This document shows positions 24,091-33,980 of a DNA stretch of 64,000 nt, in pieces. The position numbers and the translations under genes were made by a program. The DNA is taken from sequence record MN850609.1; one strand, 5' to 3'. The notes under the pieces are model-generated. The model ran no database searches, had not been told where the DNA came from, and was given only the letters and a program-made list of their open reading frames with translations. Position 1 is the first letter of the stretch; each line of letters starts with the position of its first letter. This DNA comes from Escherichia phage dhaeg.

Positions 24091-24671
24091 TATGGCCTCG
24101 CATATACATATTCTCTGAGTTGATTAGCCCATTTGCTCCAATTACCCACTATAACCTTGGTATAAACCTTAGTAAGGGTTTTTCTTACTGGTGCTGGAGG
24201 AGGGTCGGTTTCGCTACCGGCTCTAGAATTACTTCCTCCTGAGCTCCCTGTATCACCTCCTGATGACTCTTCCTGAAAGTCATAGATTAATGTGACAGTA
24301 TAGGAAAAAGTCTTCTGAAGATTACCAGGGGCTTTCCAGAGGTATAATTGAGTGCTCTTGTCCTCTGGTAAATCTTTCCATGAACCTGCTGTTTTAAATT
24401 CATCACCTAATCGATATTTTAACGCATCTTCAGAGAATCCAAATACCGATTCATAGGTTCCGTATAAACGAGCCCCATCGACAATAATGCCTTCTGTTGG
24501 CTCATATTCTGTTATATTTATTTCAACTAATGTTTCGTTTGTTTCTAATTGAGCGGTAAACGTAACATCGATTGAGGCTCCTTCCATGGAGTCTCCTAAA
24601 TCAGTGCTCATAGGTAAAATATTAGCCAATGTCAATCCTCGAACCATCAATAGTATATTGACCGGATGCAA
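24090..24671 (-). CDS. gp5.1-like baseplate-associated hypothetical protein
   Basis: 193 aa ORF. Overlaps the 3' end of gene 5 by 50 nt; an internal Met start is possible. Same position as the T4 5.1-5.3 ORFs. Confidence 0.45.
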   Translation of the reverse strand: MHPVNILLMVRGLTLANILPMSTDLGDSMEGASIDVTFTAQLETNETLVEINITEYEPTEGIIVDGARLYGTYESVFGFSEDALKYRLGDEFKTAGSWKDLPEDKSTQLYLWKAPGNLQKTFSYTVTLIYDFQEESSGGDTGSSGGSNSRAGSETDPPPAPVRKTLTKVYTKVIVGNWSKWANQLREYVYARP

Positions 24672-26364
24672 TAGAACTCATAGTCGACATAGTTTCAGAC
24701 CAATTACCAGCAACGGTCATATCAACGTTTCCGTTTACCGACCATTTAACGTTTCCATTTACTGTATAATCATGGTTGCCTTCAACTAATGTTTTTGCAT
24801 CACCTTTAACAGTTATATCAGCATTGCCTTCAACAATAACCGTAACATTTCCTTTAACAATAAGGGTTCCGTCGCCTTCTACCGTTTTGGTTTCGTTACC
24901 ACGAATATGGATGCTTTCAGAACCGTCAGTTTGACGTCGAACGTTTGCCATATTATAATAGGTTTCATCACCACCTATATTGACTTTATTATTACCGCCA
25001 ACATAAGTATTAGAATCGCCTTGGGTCATATAATATCCGTCGGCTACGGTCTTAGAAGTTTTACGTCCATCAGGAGCAACTTCTTCATAACTACCTGTAG
25101 GGTGAATTAATCGGTAACGTTCTTGCCCTGGTGTGTTATCGAATTCTTGGATATGCCCACCTTCAGTTTGCATGGTTTGGACATATGGATATTCGCCTTT
25201 ATAACTGGAATCCGGCTCTTTAAAAAGAATCCTTGTATCTTCTGGAGTCCATGGGTCGGCTGGGTCTGAATTTGTAGGGGCTGCAAAGGTTTGAATCATC
25301 CTATAAGAACGGCCATTAAATTCTCTTTCTTTAGGGGCCATAATACCGTATGATTCCATATTACCGGTAAGGATAATCATTGATACCCTTGAGGCACGTC
25401 CCTTAGTTTGGTTAAACCATACTGAATTACGAGCTTCCTCAAATGCCTTTTTATAATCGCCTATTAACATAGCACTGAGCATACCACGGAATTTAGCAAG
25501 TCCACCTAAACCCATTTGGAAAGCCATGTTTTCAAGAGCCATTTGTCTTGAACGGTTTTCTTTATTGTAAACCGGACCTACAACACTATGCCTACCTATA
25601 TCGTTTTGAACTTTTTTAAGGTCTTCCTGGAATAACTTAGAAGCCTCGTCCATTGATATTGCACCTGGATTACCTTTAACTTCTCGACCTATTTGATTAG
25701 ATAATATTTTGTTTATCTGGGTCATATCTCTAATAGGTTGTGGAGTAATAAGGTGGCCTATACCAATAGTAGGGTATCCTTCGGTGTCCCAATATACCTT
25801 CAGTCTAAGCCCTTCATCACGATGAAGCATGTTTTCTATTGTGAAATTAGGATTATCATCAGGCTTAACTTGGCTTAAATCCAAACCGTCAGGATTAATA
25901 CCTACATCAGTGTTTGCATCTTGTATTACGTTAGAAGTGGCATCATATCCAACTTCACCACCTCGGTTTAGTGCAGCGGCATCATTACCTAAATAAAGCG
26001 GATACTGCCCTGTAGGGTCACTAAAACCTTCGTTTGGATTTGCCTTTTGTTTTGATGCTGAACCGTACGTACCAAGGACAAGCCCGTTTAATTTCCACTT
26101 ATCAAGAAAATGGCCATAAACTTGTGTACCAGGGACCATACCAGTCATAGCGGTTTGGATACCGGAAACAGAGGCAGAAGATGTAGGCATTAATACCGAC
26201 ATCCATGGTAAATCTTCCGTACGAAGGCCTTTTACAGGGCCCTGTACTTTTTCATACGGGTGCATACCCCATACGCGTACGCGTACACGACCTTGTTGGA
26301 GTGGGTCCATTCGGTCTTCAACTACACCGACGAACCAACTTACGTTATCAGACATGTTAATCAT
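24622..26364 (-). CDS. 5: Baseplate hub / cell-puncturing protein gp5 with lysozyme domain
   Basis: 580 aa. Internal T4-lysozyme-like segment LKVYWDTEGYPTIGIGHLI. C-terminal VxGxxxV beta-helix repeats. Confidence 0.92.
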   Translation of the reverse strand: MINMSDNVSWFVGVVEDRMDPLQQGRVRVRVWGMHPYEKVQGPVKGLRTEDLPWMSVLMPTSSASVSGIQTAMTGMVPGTQVYGHFLDKWKLNGLVLGTYGSASKQKANPNEGFSDPTGQYPLYLGNDAAALNRGGEVGYDATSNVIQDANTDVGINPDGLDLSQVKPDDNPNFTIENMLHRDEGLRLKVYWDTEGYPTIGIGHLITPQPIRDMTQINKILSNQIGREVKGNPGAISMDEASKLFQEDLKKVQNDIGRHSVVGPVYNKENRSRQMALENMAFQMGLGGLAKFRGMLSAMLIGDYKKAFEEARNSVWFNQTKGRASRVSMIILTGNMESYGIMAPKEREFNGRSYRMIQTFAAPTNSDPADPWTPEDTRILFKEPDSSYKGEYPYVQTMQTEGGHIQEFDNTPGQERYRLIHPTGSYEEVAPDGRKTSKTVADGYYMTQGDSNTYVGGNNKVNIGGDETYYNMANVRRQTDGSESIHIRGNETKTVEGDGTLIVKGNVTVIVEGNADITVKGDAKTLVEGNHDYTVNGNVKWSVNGNVDMTVAGNWSETMSTMSSIASGQYTIDGSRIDIG

Positions 26365-26966
26365 TAGAGGGCTTTCTCCATTTCACGAATAAGGGCAGAA
26401 ATAAAAGACTCAATATCATTAGGGTCAATAATCTTTATTTCGCGCTTATATTCATTTTTACGAATGGCATCCTCGTAAATATCTACTGCGGCTAATGGAC
26501 CTTCGTATTGAGGATAACGTTTTTCTGTATCGCCTTTATCATACCAAGTATACGGATTTTCCGGTGTGTTGACAAGATTCCAGAATTTCTCACCTTTTTC
26601 GTTTACATGGTAAAGGACCTGGTTTCCGCCGTCGGTAGAATATCTTTGGATTGCCGCTTGATATGCTGCTTCTTGCCCGGTAATCCATCCATAATAAGGG
26701 TCATATATATTGTTGCACATAAGTAGAACCCAATATAATTGGACATTGCCATAAAGAAGATGGGCCAATTCTTCTGGACGAGGGGCCCCATTGATATAAT
26801 AAGTCTTTAGTGTATAATTTTTAGCCACTTTATCAAAATATTCTTTATAATTTCTAAATATATCAGTCATCGGCACGCTCAATACATCGGCATTTGTTAA
26901 TGAGCCCGAATCCGGCTTGACTGTTTTTGATTCGTAATCGATAGGATCGAAAAATGAGAAGAGCAT
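26364..26966 (-). CDS. 53: Baseplate wedge protein gp53
   Basis: 200 aa, similar to T4 gp53 (196 aa). Immediately upstream of gene 5. Divergent from gene 4 as in T4. Confidence 0.75.
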   Translation of the reverse strand: MLFSFFDPIDYESKTVKPDSGSLTNADVLSVPMTDIFRNYKEYFDKVAKNYTLKTYYINGAPRPEELAHLLYGNVQLYWVLLMCNNIYDPYYGWITGQEAAYQAAIQRYSTDGGNQVLYHVNEKGEKFWNLVNTPENPYTWYDKGDTEKRYPQYEGPLAAVDIYEDAIRKNEYKREIKIIDPNDIESFISALIREMEKAL

Positions 26967-26978
26967 AGGGCCTCCGAG

Positions 26979-26986
26979 TATAAATA
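26979..26986 (+). promoter_or_regulatory. T4-type late promoter (TATAAATA) for gene 4
   Basis: TATAAATA about 27 nt upstream of the gene 4 ATG, with RBS AAGGAGG. Confidence 0.6.
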
Positions 26987-26994
26987 ATATTAAT

Positions 26995-27002
26995 ATTTAT
27001 AA
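26995..27002 (-). promoter_or_regulatory. T4-type late promoter for gene 53, divergent from the gene 4 promoter
   Basis: TATAAATA on the minus strand about 30 nt upstream of the gp53 start. Confidence 0.55.
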
Positions 27003-27012
27003 GGAGGCAACT

Positions 27013-27462
27013 ATGGCTTACTCAGGGAAATTTAAACCTACAAACTTACAAAAATATAAAGGTGACTGGAAGAAAATCCAATATCGTTCCTCTTGGGAAG
27101 CATGGCTAATGAGATGGCTTGATAATCATCCTAATGTAGTCCAATGGAATTCAGAAGAGGTTGTGATTCCATATTTTTGTAATGCTGAAGGAAAGAAACG
27201 TCGATATTATATGGACTTCTGGGTTAAGTTTGATAATGGTCAACAATTCTTTTTTGAAGTCAAACCTTTTAAAGAGACCCACCCTCCAGCGATTCCGGTA
27301 AAAATGACCACTGCCGCTAAAAAGAGATATATTAACGAACATTATACTTGGTCTGTGAATAGTGACAAGTGGAAAGCCGCTAAAGCTACCGCAGATAAAA
27401 TGGGTATCAACTTTAGATTGATTACCGAACATTCACTGAAAAAATTAGGATGGAAAGGATGA
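27013..27462 (+). CDS. 4: Head completion protein gp4
   Basis: 149 aa. N-terminus MAYSGKFKP...SSWE..W matches T4 gp4. Preceded by a late promoter. Confidence 0.85.
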   Translation: MAYSGKFKPTNLQKYKGDWKKIQYRSSWEAWLMRWLDNHPNVVQWNSEEVVIPYFCNAEGKKRRYYMDFWVKFDNGQQFFFEVKPFKETHPPAIPVKMTTAAKKRYINEHYTWSVNSDKWKAAKATADKMGINFRLITEHSLKKLGWKG

Positions 27463-28286
27463 GTATATTTTCCTACATCAATGAGGCCACTGAAACCACA
27501 AAAGGTTCTAAGCCTACTCGTTCAGAGCAACAATGGATAGCTTTAGGTGTTGAATATGCCAAAGCTAAGGCCAAAGGTGTCTCGTCTAAGAAATTCGCTG
27601 AAGATAAAGGCATTAAGTATTCTAGCTTTACATCTGCGATGTCTCGATACTCGAGTCGAATTAAAACTGCCGTACAGGTCGAAAAACTTCAGAAGAAACC
27701 TGGCAATAAATTGACCAAAGCCGAACGTCAATTAATTTTGGTGAATAGTTTTAGAAAGAGTATTCGTGATAAGATTGCTAACGAAGGCGCTGCTGTAAAC
27801 AATAAATCAGCTAAATGGTTTACAGAAACATTAAAGAAAGGAATTCGTGGACACCAGGTATCTAAACCATCTCCTGGTAAGCTTTATGCTTATATCTATG
27901 ATGCTAAACACAAGGACACATTACCCTACTGGGACAAATATCCTTTAATCATTTATCTTGGGCTCGGTAAGCATAATCTGATGTATGGGTTGAACTTACA
28001 CTATATTCCGCCTAAAGCACGCCAACAATTTCTAGAAGAATTGCTGAAGCAATACGCGAGTACGCCTACCATTACGAACTCGACCAAATTAAAAATTGAT
28101 TGGAGTAAGGTAAAAGGATTTGCTGGTGCTGACGCGATGATTAAGGCTTATATCCCTGGAAATATCAAGGGACCTTTAGTAGAGATAAAACCTTCTGATT
28201 GGGCTAATGTCGTAATGATGCCTCTCCAGCAGTTCATGTCTAAAGGTAAGCGTTACTCAGCTCAGAAAGTATGGAAGAACGCATAA
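27450..28286 (+). CDS. 2: DNA end-protector protein gp2
   Basis: 278 aa, similar to T4 gp2 (274 aa). Order 4-2-3-1 matches T4. Confidence 0.75.
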   Translation: MERMSIFSYINEATETTKGSKPTRSEQQWIALGVEYAKAKAKGVSSKKFAEDKGIKYSSFTSAMSRYSSRIKTAVQVEKLQKKPGNKLTKAERQLILVNSFRKSIRDKIANEGAAVNNKSAKWFTETLKKGIRGHQVSKPSPGKLYAYIYDAKHKDTLPYWDKYPLIIYLGLGKHNLMYGLNLHYIPPKARQQFLEELLKQYASTPTITNSTKLKIDWSKVKGFAGADAMIKAYIPGNIKGPLVEIKPSDWANVVMMPLQQFMSKGKRYSAQKVWKNA

Positions 28287-28368
28287 TCTATTATCCCAGC
28301 CAGTTATTGAATGGAACAGACCTAGGACCATTATACACTGTCTGGGACTTAAGCAATATAGGAATCCT

Positions 28369-28959
28369 ATGAACGGTTTATTTAACCAAACTAACACTAC
28401 CAACTTTATCTTAGAGGTTAGTGACTCAGGAATGACGCAGTCATTCAAATTGAACGTACAAGATGTAACACTACCGGGTATCCATATTCCTATCTCAGAC
28501 GTCCCCGGATCGACCCAGGGCATACATCGTGCTAAGCTGCCAGGTTCTACAGTAGAATTCGATCCCTTGATTGTAAACTTTCTTGTAGACCGTGAGTTGA
28601 AATCATGGATGGACGTTTATAAATGGATGCTATCATTAAACAACTATGTAACACATGAATCCGAAGCCTGGCATCCTAAAGGCTTGCCTGAAGCGATTAC
28701 CCTCCATATCCTTGATAACAACAAACAGAAAATCGTAATGAGCATTCATTACTACGGCGGTTGGCCATCCGACTTATCGGAAATCCAATACTCGTATAAA
28801 GAAGATTCTGACCCTGCTATAATCGCTACGGCAACATTCAACTTCAAGTCGTTTGCTGTAGAAATAGATGGTACAATAGTTACAGGTCGTCCACAAATTG
28901 ATTCGTATGCCGAACAACGTGTGGCTCGTATGTCTATGCATCCATCTATGAGAAAATAA
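28369..28959 (+). CDS. 3: Tail completion / sheath stabiliser gp3
   Basis: 196 aa. Position between 2 and 1. Confidence 0.7.
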   Translation: MNGLFNQTNTTNFILEVSDSGMTQSFKLNVQDVTLPGIHIPISDVPGSTQGIHRAKLPGSTVEFDPLIVNFLVDRELKSWMDVYKWMLSLNNYVTHESEAWHPKGLPEAITLHILDNNKQKIVMSIHYYGGWPSDLSEIQYSYKEDSDPAIIATATFNFKSFAVEIDGTIVTGRPQIDSYAEQRVARMSMHPSMRK

Positions 28960-29712
28960 TGAAACTAATATCAATTGTAGGAATCAAACGTAGCGGTAAG
29001 GATACCGTTGCTAACTATGTAATTGAGAATACGGATTCCGTAAAATTCCAACTCGCTGGTCCTATTAAAAAGTATCTGGCTGAAGCTTATGAATACATAT
29101 CTGATGACCCTGTATTTGACCGTAGCTATATGCCTAAATTAGATTTTAATTGTTTTGAAGGTATCGGTTATGACCGTGAAGAAATAATTCCTTTAAAACC
29201 GTATGATGTGGTTGATATTTTTGAACATGCTATTGTTAAGCTGAATAATATCCTTCCTATTCCAGGAATTGATGTTCGTATCGCATATCATTATGGTCTT
29301 ACCCCGGTCCAGTATCTGTCTGAAGAAACAAAAGACCAGCTATTTGAAGTAATAAATAAAAATAACAATTGGTCAGTACGTCGTCTCATGCAGACCCTTG
29401 GGACTGATATTATTGTTAACCAATTTGATAAGATGTATTGGGTTAAGTTGTTCGCTTTAGACTATTTTGATAAAATATACTCTGATGCGAAATACTATGT
29501 CGTACCTGATGTTCGTCAAACACACGAAATTGATTCACTCAGAGCGATGGGTGCTACGATTATTCATGTAGTTCGCGCTGAAACCGGTCAAGTACAAGAC
29601 TCGCACATCACTGAAGCGGGTCTACCAATTTTACCTGGTGACGTTGTTATTGAAAATAACGGCACTCTTTCTGAACTATACACTACTATTGATAAATTAT
29701 TAGGAAATAAAA

Positions 29713-29720
<8 letters not shown>
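28959..29720 (+). CDS. 1: Deoxynucleoside monophosphate kinase gp1
   Basis: 253 aa. N-terminal P-loop IVGIKRSGKDT. Position upstream of 57A. Confidence 0.85.
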
Positions 29721-30604
<884 letters not shown>

Positions 30605-30613
30605 TTTAAAAAT

Positions 30614-30655
30614 GTTTTACAAAGGGCTTTAGTGATGATACTATAGGCCTATCAA
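30614..30655 (+). promoter_or_regulatory. Early promoter cassette
   Basis: -35 GTTTTAC; -10 TACTAT followed by AGGCCTATCAA. Confidence 0.5.
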
Positions 30656-30682
30656 AAACAAACTAACCAAATGGAAATCAAA

Positions 30683-30961
30683 ATGAAAACTTATCAAGAA
30701 TTTAGTAAATCCCAAAAAGTGGCTCCTATCACTGAAGCCAGTGTTATGAGTGAAGTTATAGCCCTAAACAAAGGCCGTGAAGGTAAACCGGTTATCGGTC
30801 TTAATGGTGATGAACTTAAAGGTACTGTTTATCTGGGCGACGGTTACCATGCTAAAAAAGACGGTGGGAGCATTGTTATTTCCCCGGCTCAAGAATCTTC
30901 TGTAATGAAAACCGTTTACATCGCCACCAAGCACTTTGATATTTTGAAAAAAGCACTTTAA
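30683..30961 (+). CDS. Internal-protein-like protein with capsid-targeting leader
   Basis: Start moved to the MKTYQEF Met (ORF track 30671). Leader MKTYQEF...ITE|A. Preceded by an early promoter cassette. Confidence 0.6.
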   Translation: MKTYQEFSKSQKVAPITEASVMSEVIALNKGREGKPVIGLNGDELKGTVYLGDGYHAKKDGGSIVISPAQESSVMKTVYIATKHFDILKKAL

Positions 30962-30965
30962 AGTT

Positions 30966-31006
30966 ATTTACAACGGGCTCTAGTGATGATACTATAGCCC
31001 TATCAA
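30966..31006 (+). promoter_or_regulatory. Early promoter cassette
   Basis: -35 ATTTAC; -10 TACTAT followed by AGCCCTATCAA. Near-duplicate of the 30614 cassette (GGGCTyTAGTGATGATACTATAG). Confidence 0.5.
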
Positions 31007-31031
31007 AACAAATGAGTGATTGGAGAATAAA

Positions 31032-31217
31032 ATGAAACGTTGTGAATTAATTAGAAATGTTACTGCACTGGCCGCCGTTACTGCTTTTGGCTTTAGTATG
31101 TTTGCAGGATTCATGTTGGATTTGCTTACAACTTCCGAGAATATAATCTCTTTAGTAGTGGCATTCTTAATTGGTTCAATCTCTTTCGTTATGGATAAAA
31201 TCTCTAAAGGTGAGTAA
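31032..31217 (+). CDS. Small hydrophobic protein
   Basis: 61 aa from GGAGAATAAAATGAAA. One predicted TM helix. Early promoter cassette upstream. Confidence 0.45.
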   Translation: MKRCELIRNVTALAAVTAFGFSMFAGFMLDLLTTSENIISLVVAFLIGSISFVMDKISKGE

Positions 31218-31218
31218 A

Positions 31219-31599
31219 ATGTATAAAGTGTATGCGGATTATCAAGCAAATCCATCTGAAAAACCAGATTGCCAAATTGGGTGGGCGCATGACACCCTGC
31301 TTGAAGCGGTAAATGAAGCACAGAAATTAGGATATAGTTATGTAGATATTGTTCAACCGGGTGGAACAGTTATTACTCTTGAAGAATTCAAGAATATCAA
31401 AACAAACTTTTTGCTCTTTGCCGGTGATAACTATTATCCTCGTGGCGGTTATGCTGACTTAATCGCAAAGGCCGCGACTGAAGATGAACTGCGCGATATC
31501 ATTAAAGAAAACGAGAATAAGCCTTGTTACGGTTCCAATCGTTTTGACTGGTGGCAGATTGTCAATGCCAATACCCACACTATTGTAGACGAGGGTTAA
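31219..31599 (+). CDS. Hypothetical protein
   Basis: 126 aa from an internal Met with a GGTGAG RBS (ORF track 31171). Confidence 0.45.
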   Translation: MYKVYADYQANPSEKPDCQIGWAHDTLLEAVNEAQKLGYSYVDIVQPGGTVITLEEFKNIKTNFLLFAGDNYYPRGGYADLIAKAATEDELRDIIKENENKPCYGSNRFDWWQIVNANTHTIVDEG

Positions 31600-31884
31600 A
31601 TGTTATACGTTAAGGTTACTAATCCAGAGAATGGCTATAAATCCGATCAGGTTGCAGCCGAGTTGTTGATTCGAAATTACGGCAAAGATGCCGTGCTTGA
31701 TGTTCAACAGGTTAATATTGGCCGTAGTTCAAGCGATGTTAAACTCAAAGTTAACAGCCATCGCTATAATTCTGTTAACTTTACTTTTTATACCGCAACT
31801 GAAAATGGATTGGTCGAATACGACATCTTTAAAAACCCTTTGAAGATTGCTTCTATTAAACTTGACTATATTAATATGCTTTAA
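31600..31884 (+). CDS. Hypothetical protein
   Basis: 94 aa ORF with ATGA overlap coupling to the upstream gene. Confidence 0.45.
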   Translation: MLYVKVTNPENGYKSDQVAAELLIRNYGKDAVLDVQQVNIGRSSSDVKLKVNSHRYNSVNFTFYTATENGLVEYDIFKNPLKIASIKLDYINML

Positions 31885-31969
31885 GAATTATGTGATATTA
31901 TTACTCTATCATTAATACCCTCTATTACCAAAGGTTCTTCCCTCAAAGAGCCTTTCATAATAGAATTAA

Positions 31970-32043
31970 GGCCCTGTAGCTGGACGGTCAAGCGAGCGAC
32001 TCATAATCGCTGGATGGTGGTTCGATTCCACCCAGGGCCACCA
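31970..32043 (+). tRNA. tRNA with CAU anticodon (Met, or Ile via lysidine)
   Basis: Manual cloverleaf fold. Acceptor GGCCCTG/CAGGGCC, anticodon stem AGCGA/TCGCT, loop CTCATAA, T-arm GGTGG-TTCGATT-CCACC, encoded CCA. Confidence 0.6.
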
Positions 32044-32047
32044 ATTT

Positions 32048-32122
32048 GGATGTGTAGCTCAGTGGTAGAGCAGTTGACTGTTAATCAATTGGTCCATGGT
32101 TCGAATCCATGCATGTCCGCCA
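32048..32122 (+). tRNA. tRNA-Asn (GUU)
   Basis: Manual fold. D-arm GCTC/GAGC, anticodon stem GTTGA/TCAAT, loop CTGTTAA, T-arm CATGG-TTCGAAT-CCATG, CCA end. The acceptor stem has two G·U pairs. Confidence 0.55.
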
Positions 32123-32126
32123 AATA

Positions 32127-32202
32127 CGAGGCATAGCTCAGAAGGAAGAGCAAGGACCTTCTAAGTCCTGGGTCGTAGGTTCGATCCCTACTGTCTCGAC
32201 CA
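32127..32202 (+). tRNA. tRNA-Arg (UCU)
   Basis: Manual fold. Acceptor CGAGGCA/TGTCTCG, anticodon stem AGGAC/GTCCT, loop CTTCTAA, T-arm GTAGG-TTCGATC-CCTAC, CCA end. Confidence 0.7.
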
Positions 32203-32400
32203 AACAAGAAACCGGGTCGCTACCGGTAAGTCGTCGGACTGAAGTTCCCTGAATAAGACCCGACTTTAAGGCGTACATGAGTTCCTCTTAAAGTCCCTTA
32301 TCTCACAGCTGAAACGGCGCACCGAACACTTGCCTAGCAGGTGGAACCCCGACAAGGTTACCCTAGGTTAAAGGCCCTTCCGAAAGGTTGGGCCTTTTTT
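32203..32400 (+). ncRNA. Structured small RNA downstream of the tRNAs, with an intrinsic terminator at its end; position is that of T4 RNA C / RNA D
   Basis: About 195 nt without a credible ORF. Multiple local hairpins (CCGG-tcgcta-CCGG; GTCGG/CCGAC). Ends with AGGCCC-ttccgaaaggtt-GGGCCT + T6. Immediately after tRNA-Arg, as in T4. Confidence 0.4.
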
Positions 32401-32401
32401 G

Positions 32402-32409
32402 TATAAATA
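32402..32409 (+). promoter_or_regulatory. Late promoter for the IPIII-like gene
   Basis: TATAAATA immediately after the terminator, about 28 nt before the ATG. Confidence 0.6.
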
Positions 32410-32437
32410 GATAAGTTAATTAACACAGGAAACAATA

Positions 32438-33061
32438 ATGAAAACTTACAATGAATTTTTGAACGAAAGCGTTCTGACTGAAGCCAGCGTGCGCATGACT
32501 AAAGATATGTGGCAAGCTGCTTATGATAAAATTTCCGGGACTAAAACCACTACCGAGTTCTTTAAAAACGTTTATGATATGTATGGTTTTGATACTAGTA
32601 ACCAGAAAGAATATTACAAAGCTTCCAAAGCTTTTAAAGATATCGTAGCCGGTGGCGCTACTAAACCTGCTAAACCAGCTAAAGCTCCTGTTGCTAAACC
32701 TGCAGCCCCAACCAAAGTTGCACCACCTAAACCTGCGGCAGCACCTAAAGCAGAGCCTGTAAAAGAAGCTCCTAAACCTAAAATCAAGTTCGACACCAGC
32801 ACTATTGTTAAAAAATATAACCAACTGGCTTCTTTGGTTTCTGAAATAGAATCCGAAACTAAACACCTTGTTCGTGAATTCAATGTTCTTCGTAACGGTC
32901 AACACATTAACAACCTGGACACACCAGACCTTTATCGTCTCTATCTGACGGTTGAAGGCCTTAAGTACACCCAGCCTATGCGCGAAGAAATTGACAACAA
33001 ACTTCGTCAAGCACGCCGACTGGCCGGTGACGCAGCTCAGTTCGAAAAGACTCGTAAATAA
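32438..33061 (+). CDS. Internal protein (IPIII-like) with capsid-targeting leader and Pro/Ala/Lys-rich repeat
   Basis: 207 aa. Leader MKTYNEFLNESVLTE|A. PAKPAKAPVAKPAAP repeats. Late promoter TATAAATA at 32402-32409 and an RBS upstream. Confidence 0.7.
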   Translation: MKTYNEFLNESVLTEASVRMTKDMWQAAYDKISGTKTTTEFFKNVYDMYGFDTSNQKEYYKASKAFKDIVAGGATKPAKPAKAPVAKPAAPTKVAPPKPAAAPKAEPVKEAPKPKIKFDTSTIVKKYNQLASLVSEIESETKHLVREFNVLRNGQHINNLDTPDLYRLYLTVEGLKYTQPMREEIDNKLRQARRLAGDAAQFEKTRK

Positions 33062-33065
33062 TGAA

Positions 33066-33087
33066 AGGAGACTTCGGTCTCCTTTTA
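33066..33087 (+). terminator. Intrinsic terminator after the IPIII-like gene
   Basis: GGAGAC-ttcg-GTCTCC hairpin + TTTT. Confidence 0.55.
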
Positions 33088-33120
33088 GGGGGTTTAAACT
33101 AAAAATAATTTCACAAAGTT

Positions 33121-33160
33121 GTTTACACCTCCTTTAAACGTGATACTATAGACCTATCAA
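33121..33160 (+). promoter_or_regulatory. Early promoter cassette
   Basis: GTTTAC-17-TACTAT-AGACCTATCAA. Confidence 0.55.
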
Positions 33161-33184
33161 AACAACAGAGTGAAGGAGAGTAAA

Positions 33185-33448
33185 ATGGATAATTATGGTG
33201 AATTGTTTAATTTCTTTATGAAATGCGTTCCTGAAGAATTTGGTGCTACTGTTAACGATATTAAGGTTATAGGTGATGACCATCCCATATTTGAAACCTA
33301 CGCAGTAATGGGTAATGACGATGGACAGTGGTATACCGTAAAGGTTGTGGTTAATATGTTTGCTGCCGAAGGGTACGTCAAATTGTCTACCAAAGTTTAT
33401 CACGATAACGATTTTGATGCGGAAGATTATTTCAATAATATGAAATAA
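33185..33448 (+). CDS. Hypothetical protein
   Basis: 87 aa from GGAGAGTAAAATG. Early promoter cassette upstream. Confidence 0.45.
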   Translation: MDNYGELFNFFMKCVPEEFGATVNDIKVIGDDHPIFETYAVMGNDDGQWYTVKVVVNMFAAEGYVKLSTKVYHDNDFDAEDYFNNMK

Positions 33449-33450
33449 TT

Positions 33451-33487
33451 GTTTACACGGGCTCATGATTGAGATATTATGAGCCCG
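33451..33487 (+). promoter_or_regulatory. Early promoter with inverted repeat bracketing the -10
   Basis: GTTTAC; -10 TATTAT. Inverted repeat CGGGCTCAT/ATGAGCCCG flanks it. Confidence 0.5.
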
Positions 33488-33505
33488 TAATTTGAGGAGA
33501 GCATA

Positions 33506-33904
33506 ATGAATATCGAAGATAAAGAAATGCAAGAGTTGTATAATTCATTAACGCCTGAACAACAAAAAGCTGCCAAAGAATTAGAGAAAGCTCTTACTTT
33601 CAGCTTGGCAAAAACTGATTGGGCCGCCATGTATGAAGAAAAAAGGAGATCGGAAATTGAAGCTGTCGAGAGAAATGAATGGATTGTAGAAACCAAGATT
33701 TCTGATGGTGGTTGCTCTGTTGAGGTGTCAGCTGTGGTTAAAGGTACTCATGGTGAAAAATCACTAGGTTGGCATAATGAGGCAAACAAATATATTGTTC
33801 TCTCAACGTCAAAAACTTATGGTCAAAGGGTTCCTGTATCCAAAGCTATTATTAAGCAAGCTCAATGGGAAGCCAATGAAATTTGCCTAGCAAAAATGAA
33901 ATAA
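33506..33904 (+). CDS. Hypothetical protein
   Basis: 132 aa. Early promoter with flanking inverted repeat upstream. Confidence 0.45.
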   Translation: MNIEDKEMQELYNSLTPEQQKAAKELEKALTFSLAKTDWAAMYEEKRRSEIEAVERNEWIVETKISDGGCSVEVSAVVKGTHGEKSLGWHNEANKYIVLSTSKTYGQRVPVSKAIIKQAQWEANEICLAKMK

Positions 33905-33907
33905 AAT

Positions 33908-33945
33908 GTTTACAACCCTCAGAGGACAGGGTATAATGTCCTCAT
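33908..33945 (+). promoter_or_regulatory. Early promoter with inverted repeat bracketing the -10
   Basis: GTTTAC-18-TATAAT. Inverted repeat GAGGACA/TGTCCTC. Confidence 0.55.
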
Positions 33946-33980
33946 GGATTACAAAATATCAACCGACTGAAGGAAATACT

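Noticed and set aside
31885-31969. Possible additional tRNA or hairpin upstream of the first tRNA
   Set aside because: No acceptable cloverleaf could be drawn, and the imperfect inverted repeat AGGTTCTT/AAGAGCCT has two mismatches. It is probably only a leader or processing region.
32420-33010. Minus-strand 196-aa ORF antisense to the IPIII-like gene
   Set aside because: It is low-complexity (Phe/Arg/Cys-rich) and mirrors the PAKPA repeat region. The sense gene has promoter, RBS, capsid-targeting leader and terminator, so the antisense ORF is rejected.
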